Origin: Malacoraja senta
Lineage: Eukaryota
Length of the DNA stretch: 64,000 bases
Direction: 5' to 3'
Assembly (NCBI GenBank): GCA_038087875.1
Contig: CM075991.1
Coordinates: 1,550,001-1,614,000, forward strand
Within the stretch, counting starts at the first letter, position 1, and every line of letters starts with the position of its first letter. The notes beneath the pieces were generated by a model. The model worked only from the letters and a program-made list of their open reading frames with translations. It did not search any database and had not been told where the DNA came from. The translations under genes and the position numbers were made by a program. Shown here one piece after another: positions 51,013-60,261 of this stretch.

Positions 51013-51666
51013 GCACAAAAAATTGAAAATAGGAAAACAATAAAGTCGGAATTACGATTTAAATTGGAAAAATATCATGCCTGATCTGCAGCAAAGATAT
51101 CTGCTCTAGTATCTTTGATCTGCAGTTCCATCCTATTGAAGAAGAACCCTGGCCCGAAACAACTCCTCATCTATTCCCTCCACAGATGCCGCCTAGCCCG
51201 CTGAGTTCCTCAAGCACTCTGTGTTTTTTATTTAACTCTTGAAATTGAAGTTAGATATAAAGCTGGAGTAACTCAGTGGGACAGGCAGCGACCATGGGGA
51301 GAAGACTCTTCTTCAGACTGAACTGAACTCTCGTCGGTGAGAGTACTTATGATTGTCTGCAGAAAGGTCTCGACCCGAAACGCCACCCACTCCCCAGAGC
51401 CGCCGCCCGTCCCGCTGAGCCACCCCAGCCCCCTCGTGTCCACCTTCAACTCCAGAGCCAAACAAAAAAAATACACAGAATGCTGGGGGAACTCAGCGGG
51501 CCAGGCGGCACCCGCAGAGGGAATGGACCAGGAGCCGCCACGGGCCATGGGTCTCCCCCCCCCAACAGGAAGGAACCGCAGATGCAGCCATCCCCGCAAA
51601 ACGGTGAATGATTCCGGGAATGCCGAGGCGAGAGGGTGAGAGAGAGGATGTGAGAGAGCGAGAGAG

Positions 51667-51879
51667 ATCCAAAGGACGGATTCGGATCCCAATTACGCTT
51701 CGCTAAGACATCGCCAGAAGTTACAAACCTACTGCCCCCTCCAGTTCGGGCCATGTGGACCAAGATACCACGTTGTAAACAACCACGTTCGCTACTTTGA
51801 CTGGGAGTTCGCGTTCCGCCACAGTCCCGCCAGCGGTTTACAGCTGTTTGATATCCGCTTCAGGAAGGAGAGGGTGGTT
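51667..51879 (+). pseudogene. Copper amine oxidase (AOC1/AOC3-like) gene fragment
   Basis: DPNYASLRHRQKLQTYCPLQFGPCGPRYHVVNNHVRYFDWEFAFRHSPASGLQLFDIRFRKERVV; recalled motifs PLQF.P.GPRF (AOC3) and W.FAFR...SGLQ (AOC1). Confidence 0.8.
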
Positions 51880-52240
51880 GGTGAAAGACGTGGACTGGCC
51901 TTACAGCGCCACTTTCCTCCACACTCTCCATCTCATGGAGACTGGAAACCAAAGATCCTATAGCGGAGCAAGATAGTCCACTCGACGAAAAAGCCGTAGT
52001 AGGGTCATGGGTAATCTTCAGCACCATTTCCGTAACCAGCTTCCGTCTCCGCTCTAGTATATTTGCTTTGGTCATGGCTTCTTCATGCACAAATCATCTT
52101 TTTTTTCTCAGCTGCAGGTGATCATTTTGATATTCCTGCCTAGTCCTCCTTTTTAACATTGAACAAACAAAATATTGCCATTTTGAATAAGCTCCAGAAA
52201 ATCCAGCACCCACTCAAGCCATCTTATCTCCCCCCCCCCT

Positions 52241-53334
52241 CAGGGCCGGCCTTAGGAGGTGCAGGGAGCCATTGGGAACACTTTTGTTGAGCCCCAGGTT
52301 CCCAGCCAAGGTCTGTAGAATCATAGAAATACAAATAAAGTCTATTAAAGACATTGTATCTCTATGGTAGAATGGAAAGTAATCAAAATGTGCGCTTAAA
52401 AAGTGCCTGCGAGTTAATGGACCAAACAGATCTAAACTACATTTTAATATAAAATTGCATGCATGTAAACCTACAAGTAGCAGACAAAATGTGTAGATCA
52501 CCTTTGAAAAGTAAATAGTTACAATACCACTTGTTTTAGTGACTGTGAAATGAAAAAAAAAACGAGATCCTAGAAAACCAATAACAATTGGCGAAAAACC
52601 AGTCCAGGCATTAAATTTTGGGCTTCAGCCCCATCCTACCCTTTGGGCCTCTACCCTATCCTAACTGTTTGTGTGTTAGTTGTCTGTGAGTGATGTGTGT
52701 GTGTTAGTTGTCTGTGCGTTATGTGTGTGTGTGTGTGTGTGTGTGGGAGGGAAGGAGAGAAGGGAGGGAGAGAGAGAAGGGAGGAAAGAGAGAAGGGAGT
52801 GAGGGAAGTAGAGAAAGAAGGGAGGGAGGGAAGGAGAGAAAGAAGGGAGGGAGGGAAGGAGAGAAGAAAAGAGAGAGGAAGGAGAGAAAGAAGGGAGGGA
52901 GGGAAGGAGAGAAGGGAGGGATAGAAGGGGAGGAGAGAAGGGAGGGAAAGGGCCGGCGGCAGGAGCGGATGCCGGGTGTGAGCTGAGGCCGAGTTTGAAA
53001 ACGTTGCTCCAACCCCCGGCCCGGCCCTCCCTGTATTGTTCACCGCGTCTCCCCGGTGAGAGAGAGGGTGGGGGGGGGGGGGGGGTGAGCAAGGGCTGCG
53101 TGCGTGAAGCACGGCGACTGGAGGGGCGGGAGCGCTGCCCCTGGACCGTGAGGGAACGACCCCTCTCCCCCTTCTCCATTCTCACACACCCCTCCCCGTC
53201 TATCCCTTTATTCCCCCTCCACCCCTCTACTCTCTCTCCACCCCTATCCTTCCCCCTCCACCCGGGGTAGATCGACCTGAGCCGAGAGTAGATTACTCTG
53301 GCGCGGGGGCCCCTTAGGCTTAATGCCGGCCCTG
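52241..53334. mobile_element. Non-autonomous hAT-type element containing (GT)n and GA-rich tracts
   Basis: TIR CAGGGCCGGCCTTA / TAATGCCGGCCCTG; both flanks read CT(C)nT (slipped TSD). Confidence 0.7.
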
Positions 53335-53579
53335 CTCCCCCCTCCCTCCGACACAGACACGGAGCGATCGCCTCCCCCATTTTTTGTTAAACATCTCTTT
53401 CCTTCGTTTTTTTTTAAAATTTCCCCCTTACCATTTCCGTACTTTTTTGATAGCTACCATGACCCGTTTGATGTCATCATTCGCCCTGCTCCTGGTCTCG
53501 TCCCGCACCGATCTGCCGGACATGCTGTGTGTGTGTGTGTAGGTTTGTTTGGCGGAGTTTGAGGGGAGAAGCGTCGGCA

Positions 53580-53855
53580 CCAAGAGGGAGCGAACGCGCG
53601 GACAGACGGACGAAAGCAACGATCATAGAGTGGAATAGGTGACATTTAGTGTCGAGACCCTTCTTCAGACTGACAGAGAAAGGGAAACGGGAGATATAGG
53701 CATATCTTCCATTCATTTGTCCTTAGTACCGTCTAAATCTCTTGTTCCTCTTTCCCCTGACTCAGTCTGAAGAAGGGTCTCGACCCGAAATGGCATCTAT
53801 TCCGCTCTATGATCGTTGCTTTCGTCCGTCTGTCCGCTCGTTCGCTCCCCTTTGG
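53580..53855. repeat. Foldback inverted repeat built from PLE tails (~94-bp arms, ~88-bp spacer)
   Basis: 53580-53673 is the reverse complement of 53762-53855 with few mismatches. Confidence 0.9.
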
Positions 53856-54233
53856 ATTAAGTAGCGCAGGAAAAAGTTGCGAGATCACGCACAGGATGGA
53901 AACTGGAGACTGAAAACCCCCCATTTCCATCACTGATTACGCCTGGTGCGGCGGATCCTTGCGGCATTTTGGAATTGGAAGTGTTTGGGTGGAGTTAAAG
54001 GGTAAGGGAGTGCAGGAAAAGTTACAGAAGTCTCCAGAAGCAATAGGACGGAAAGTATAAGAAGGGATAAAAGAGTAAGGTCGAGTAACGTCAGTGTGAG
54101 AGGAGGGGTGCGAACACCAAATTAAAGGCATTATATTTGAATGCACGGAGTATAAGGCTTATAGTACAGTTAGAAATTGGTAGGTATGATGTTGTAGCCA
54201 AAGATACTAGAGGAGCGGCCATTACGTATACGT

Positions 54234-54530
54234 GGCTGCACGGTGGCGCAGCGCGAGAGTTGGTGCCATTGCAGCCAGAGCCTCGGGTTCGATCCTGACT
54301 ACAGGTGCTTGTCTGTACAAAGTTTGTACGTTCTCCCCGTGAGCGCGAGATATTCGGTTTCCTCCCACTCTCCAAAGACGTACAGATTTGATAGGTTAAT
54401 TGGCTTGGTATAAATGTAAATTGTCCCTACTGTGTGTAGGATAGTGTTAATGTGCGGGGATTGCAGGTCGGTGCGGACTTGGTGGGCCGATGGGCCTGTT
54501 TCCGCGCTGGTTCTCGAAACTAAACTAAAA
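54234..54530 (+). mobile_element. tRNA-derived SINE (HE1/V-SINE-type)
   Basis: A box TGGCGCAGCG 54244; B box GGTTCGATCC 54286-54295; core agtttgtacgttctccccgtg..ggtttcctcccac..ccaaagacgt; (AAACT)n tail. Confidence 0.88.
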
Positions 54531-56041
54531 GGATCCGAGCTGGGAGCTGGATATTCAAGGTTACAAGTCCTATCCGTGGATAGGTGGATGGAGCGGGTAT
54601 GGTAGCTCTGCCGTTAAGGAATGAAATTTAGTCCTTAACAAGGTGTGACATCGGATCAGAAGATGTAGAGTCATTGTGGGCAGAGCTGAGGAATTGGGAG
54701 GAGTTGTAATGGTAGTTATTTACAGGCCTTCAAACAGTAGCCATGATATAGGGTACGTTACATCATGTAAGACAGACAATGTTACGGTGGTCATGGGAGA
54801 TTTCAATATGCTTCTGGACTGGAAAAATCAGGTTGGTTCTGGAACCCAACAGAAGGAATTCACAGAGTGCCTCCGAGATGATTTCTTAGAGCAGATTGAA
54901 GTGGAGCCGACCAATGTTGTGTAATGAACCGGATTTGATAAGGGAGCTCATGGTAAAGGAATCACTGGGAAGTAGTGACCACAATATGATAAAATTCAAC
55001 CTGCAATTTGAAAGGGAGAATATTAAATCGGATGTGTCGGTATTACAACTGAGCAAAAGGGACTACAGCGGCATGAGGGAGGAGCTGGTCAAAGCTGACT
55101 GGAAAGGGACCCTATCAGGAATGATGGTGGAAGAGCAATGGCAGGAATTTCTGGGAATAATTCGGAAGATGCATGATCTTTTCATTCCAAAGATGAAGAA
55201 AGATACTCTGAGGCGAACAATGATGCGACCGTGGCTGACAAGGGACGTCAAGGACAGTACTAAACAAATAGAGAAGGCGTATAACATATTAAAGAATAGT
55301 GGGAAGCAAGAGGATTGGGGTGTTTTTAAAGAACAACAGAACGTAACTAAAAAGACAATACGGAGAGAGAAGATGAAATAGGAAGGTAAGCTAGCCAATA
55401 AAAGAAAAGAAGATAGTAAGATATTCTTCACATATATAAAGAGTAAGAAAGAGGCGAGAGCCGACATTGGACCGCTGGAAAATGATGCAGGAAAAGTGAT
55501 AATGGGGAATACAAAATGGTAGAGGAATTTACTAACTATTTTGCATCAGTCTTCACAGTGGAAGACACCAGCAACGTGCCTGAAATTCAAGGAAGTCAGG
55601 GGGTGGAAGTTAGTGGAGTGCGTATTACTAAGGAGAAGGTGTTTGGGGACCTAGAAGTCTGAAGCTGGTTAAATCACCTGGGCCGATGGACTGCATCCCA
55701 GGGTTCTGAAAGAGGTGGCATTAGAGACTGTGGAGGCATTAATAGTGATATTTCAAGAATCACTAGAGTGGGCAGTGTTTCCAGACGATTGGAGAATTGC
55801 CAATGTCACCCCGCTGTACAAGAAGGGAGCAAAGCAAAAGATTAGAAACGATAGGCCGGTTAGCCTAACTTCTGTTGTTGGTAAGATTTTAGAGTCCATT
55901 ATAAAGGATGAGATTACGGAGTACTGAGTTTGTGATAAAATAGGCCGACGTCAGCATGGTTTTGCGAGGGGGAGGTCTTGCCTGACGAATCTGCTGGAAT
56001 TATTTGAAGAAGTAAATAGTAGGAGAGACAAGGGAGAATGA

Positions 56042-56623
56042 AGGCTCTGTCTCACGGTGTTGCGGTCATCGGCGGTGAAGCGCGGCATCGCCGGTAGAAG
56101 GGACCGCACGGCAACGGCGAGAGCGCCGAGCATATGCCGCGGGAGCGCCGCACGGATGCTGCGTGGGGGTCGAGTGATTTAAGTATGGCTGGTCCCACGA
56201 GCCTGCGGTAAGTAAAAAAAAAGGGCGGGCCGACTGCGATGACGTCATTTCGGATCTGCGGGGCTGTGGCGGCGCCAATGCTGATCGCGGCACTGTGGCG
56301 GCGGCTGTGGCAGCGGCCGTGCGACACACGTGCCTCACTGGCGGAGGCTGTGGCGGTGCAAGTTCGAAGCACGGCGCTCGTGCCGTACTGGCGGCGGCTG
56401 TGGCGGTGAGCGTGCCTCACTCGTACCTCACTGGCGGCGGCTGTGCGGTAGGAACATATTTGTGAACAGTGTTGGTTTTATTTTAGCACCGTGCGGTGTT
56501 GGGAACAACGCCGCACGGCCCCGGCGGTGGGCGTTTGACCAAGCCCGCGGTCTCTGGTGGCCCAGGCGCGGTAGATTGTTCCTGTTTTGCCGCCAATGAC
56601 CGCAGACTCGTGAGACAGGCCTT
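56042..56623. mobile_element. PIF/Harbinger-like MITE
   Basis: TIR AGGCTCTGTCTCACG / CGTGAGACAGGCCTT; TGA TSD at 56039-56041 and 56624-56626. Confidence 0.78.
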
Positions 56624-56959
56624 TGAGTGGATGTTGTTTACCTAGATTTAGAGAAAGCCTGCCACACGTGAGCCCGCTAAGGAAGATGGTATCAAAAGGC
56701 AGATACTAACATGGATAGCCGATTGGCAGGATGGTAGAAGGTAGAGTGGCAATAAAGGTTTTTTTTCTGGTTGGCTGCCAGTGACTAGTGGCGTTCCGCA
56801 GGTGTCGGTGCTGGGGCCGCTAATCTTCACATTAACTGTTTGAATGATGCGATTGTAGGATTTGTAGCCAAATTTGCAGATGATATGAAAATAGGTGGAG
56901 GGACCGGTAGTGTAGTGAAAGCAGGGAATTGCAGAAGGACTTGAACAGGTTCAAAGGTT

Positions 56960-57630
56960 GCTAAGGTTTCAAAGGTCATTTATTGTCATGTTTACCAACA
57001 AAGGTACAGTGACGTTCAAATTACCATACAGCCATACTAAAAAAGCAACAAGACACACAACTACATCAAATTAAGCATAAACATCCATCCCAGCGGACTC
57101 CCCACATTCCTGATTGTGACGCAAGGCAATAAATTCAAATCTTCTTCCCTCATTTTTCTCCCGCGGTCGGGGCAGTTGAAACATCCGTCGGGGCGATCGA
57201 AGCTCCCGCGTCGGGTCGATCGAAGCTCCCGCGGCTTGGAGTTCATGAAGTCGGTCTCCAAAATGTTAAAGTCCGCAGGCTCCCACGGTTGGAGCCCAGA
57301 GGTCGATCCCTGGCAAAGGGATTGCGGGCTCCGCGATGTTAAAGTCCCGTAGGCTCCCTGCGATGGACCTCTCGAAGTCGGTCTCCAGCTAAGGCCGCCA
57401 ACTCCGCGATTTTAGGCCGCATTGCGGACGGAGATACGATACGGAAAAAAATCGCATCTCCGACGAGGTAAGAGATGTAAAAAAATTCCCCCAACCACCT
57501 CCCCCACTCCCCCCCCCCCCACATAAAACAAGCTAAAGAACACTAAAAGCATACATACTAAAACAACAATGAAGAAATGGACAGACAGAATGTTGGTGGG
57601 GCAGCCATTGCTGGCGCCACCCGGTGGTTG
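56960..57630 (-). mobile_element. Non-coding SINE-like retroposon, unclassified
   Basis: Inverted homology with 59695-60260; AATAAA plus short-repeat tail. Confidence 0.6.
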
Positions 57631-57991
57631 GGAGAGTGCTTCTGGCCCACTGTGGTGCGATTTCCGAGAGAACGCCGCCACCTACGGCCGTCATTTTTGG
57701 CCACCTCACTCAGAGCCCACGTCCGGCTTCCTGGACTAGAGGATTTTTCCATCGAAGATAAATCAAAGAGATATTAATGTTTTAAAAAAATTCACCATTC
57801 TCTCTGCTGCCCCTGCTGGAGGGAGTGGGGGGGGGGGACTATAATACCAGGAAGTGGTGTGCCTCACTCAGTCTCTGCAAGTTGGAGGACGCCAGAGGGT
57901 CACGTCTCTCTGAGCTCTGAATAACACTGAACACATGTCTACTGAACTGTGAGTCCCCTTAATGTGGTTTGAAAATGAAAATATGGTTGGT

Positions 57992-58226
57992 TTGAAGTAA
58001 AAAGGCACTACTGCAAATGGTGGTTTGGGTGCTTTGGGTTGAAGTTAAAAGGCACTACTGCAAATGGTGGTTTGGGTGCTTTGGCTTGAAGTTAAAAGGC
58101 ACTACAGCAAATGGTGGTTTGGGTGCTTTGGCTTGAAGTTAAAAGGCACTACTGCAAATGGTGGTTTGGGTGCTTTGGCTTGAAGTTAAAAGGCACTACT
58201 GCAAATGGTGGTTTGGGTGCTTTGGG
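57992..58226. repeat. 47-bp tandem repeat, 5 copies
   Basis: ttgaagttaaaaggcactactgcaaatggtggtttgggtgctttggc. Confidence 0.92.
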
Positions 58227-58429
58227 CAACTTCCTGCTTGCACTGTGTATTGAATTTAGATAAAATGCTACCACTTACGGTTGTGATTTTTGGCCATCTT
58301 ACTCAGTCCCCCTCCGCTCAGCAGGTGCAGAGGATTCTTCCCATCAATGAAAAATAAAAGTGTTATTAGTGTCAACTGAACACACCGAATGTCTACTGAA
58401 CTGTGAGTTTGGTGGTTTATGTGGTTTTA

Positions 58430-58935
58430 TGATGGTTTCACCCTGCTTGAAATGGTATGAAACTGCATTTGAATGTGGTGGCCTTGCACCCTGCATGGAA
58501 TGGAATGAAACTGCATTTGAATGTGGTGGCGTTGCACCCTGCATGAAATGGTATGAAGCTGCATTTGAATTTTGTGGCCTTGCACCCTGCTTGAAATGGT
58601 ATGAAACTGCACTTGAATTTGGTGGCCTTGCACCCTGCTTGAAGTGGAATGAAACTGCACTTGAATTCGGCGGCCTTGCACCCTGTTTGAAGTGGTATGA
58701 AACTGCACTGAATCTGGTGGCCTTGCACCCTGCTGAAAGTGGTATGAAACTGCACGAATTCGGTGGCCTTGCACCCTGCTTGAAGTGGTAGGAAACTGCA
58801 CTTGAATTCGGTGGCCTTGCACCCTGCTTGAAGTGGTTGGAAAGTGCACTTGAATTTGGTGGCCTTGCACCCTGCTTGAAATGGTTGGAAAATGGAATTG
58901 AATTTGGTGGCCTTGCACCCTGCTTGAAATGGAAT
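58430..58935. repeat. 48-bp tandem repeat, about 10 copies
   Basis: ccttgcaccctgcttgaaatggtatgaaactgcacttgaatttggtgg. Confidence 0.92.
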
Positions 58936-59694
58936 TTCAAGGAATAGCCATGAGTCAACTGCCAGCCCACCAGCCGTGAGTGAGCTGCCAGCATATCAGG
59001 CTTGAGGGACTGAGCTGCCACCCAAGAACCCATACCAGCGCTCCAGAAAGGCCCCCCACTGGCCACCAATATTGGAATTGGTGGAGAGGTGGAATATTGC
59101 GTTGGGGGACCAGCCCTCCCGTGTGAACATTGGACCCAACGGGTCCCACTTAGTCTAGTTATATTTAAATCCTTCGGTCATTGTCACCCTTGCAATGGGG
59201 GAATGTGTTTTTCCTCTGCAACGTATCTGTGCTTCTTATTATTTTGAATATATCTGTTGGTTTCGATTCAACCTCCTCTGTGCCAATAAAAACAAACATC
59301 CGACATAGTTTCTCTTCATAAATACCTGCCATTTCAAGATTCATTCTGATGAAACTCCAGTGCGCCACCCCCAATGCAATCTCAACAGTGTATTTACAAG
59401 AAGAGCACACCGTACTCCAGCTGTGGCCTAACTAACGTTGTGTTAAAAATGTACGAAATCTTGCCTTATTTCTCTGCGCCGATTAATAAATCTTCTTGAC
59501 CTGTTTTAGGAAGTTTAGTTATGGGATATTTTTTCGTGGAGTCCTGGTCCGATGAGAATGGGCAATACCATGAGAAACGGTGATCGAGAATATAGTCAGA
59601 AACCACCTCCGTGGCACTGGTATGGAAAGAAAGAGTTATGAAACAAGTGGAAATAAAACAATAAGGAAGGCATTTTAAAGGGGATTTTGATGGG

Positions 59695-60260
59695 TTTTCT
59701 TATCTCTTTCTCGACGGAGATGCGACCTTCTTCGTGTCGTATCTCCGCCTGCACTGCGGCCAAACACCGTGGAGTTGGCGGCGTCTTGTTTGCGACTTCT
59801 AGAGCTCTAAGACCGCGGAGCCTGCGGATTTTAACATCTTGGAGCGGGCGATCCTTTGCCAGGGTTCGGCCTTTGAAGCTCCAACCTGCGGGAGCTCCGG
59901 ACGGTTAACATCGTGAAGCTCGCGGTCCCTGGTTAGGGATCGACTTCGGGGACTCCAAGCCGCAGGAGTTTCCACCGTTCTGATACCGGAGCTTAGACTA
60001 CCCCGACATGGGAGCTCGATTACCGACTGTGGGTGGTTCGACTGCCCCGACCGCGGGAGGAAAGGCAGAAATAAGATAAGACTTTATTGCCTTCCATCAC
60101 AGTGAGGAATGTGGAAGAGCCTCTGTGGTGGATGCTTATGTCAATTATTTATGTAGTTCTCTGTCTTGGTGTTTTGTGGTATAACTGTATGGCAAACCAA
60201 ATTCTTCATATGTTGCAAAACATACTTGGATAATAAATTAAGATTATGATTATGATTATA
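59695..60260 (+). mobile_element. Non-coding SINE-like retroposon, same family as 56960-57630
   Basis: Shared blocks cgacggagatgcga, tcaca.t.aggaatgtgg..ag.c..ctg.g.tggatg.ttatg; AATAAA + (GATTAT)n tail. Confidence 0.6.
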
Positions 60261-60261
60261 A

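Larger units (their letters stand above)
54130..56950 (+). mobile_element. Older CR1 LINE ORF2, degraded, hosting a SINE and a MITE
   Basis: LNARSI, IYRP, MGDFN, LGSSDHNMI, WRIANVTPLYKKG, RPVSLTSVVGK. Confidence 0.85.
57635..59158 (+). mobile_element. Non-autonomous Helitron carrying tandem arrays (5' tip missing)
   Basis: 3' hairpin GGACCC-AAC-GGGTCC 59132-59146, then CTAG 59155-59158 followed by T. Confidence 0.75.

Noticed and set aside
52651..53380. Low-complexity ORFs (also 35080-35560 and 41372-41677)
   Set aside because: Translations of GA/CT/GT simple repeats
54234..54300. tRNA gene
   Set aside because: The A/B boxes belong to a SINE head; no cloverleaf is evident and the SINE core and tail follow
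26393..56626. Site-specific targeting of the CR1 RT region by Harbinger MITEs
   Set aside because: The two sites are near-homologous but tens of bp apart with different TSDs; two cases in a CR1-rich window prove nothing
58344..59069. 241-aa repeat protein
   Set aside because: The 48-bp unit is a multiple of 3, so open frames arise trivially inside a Helitron array
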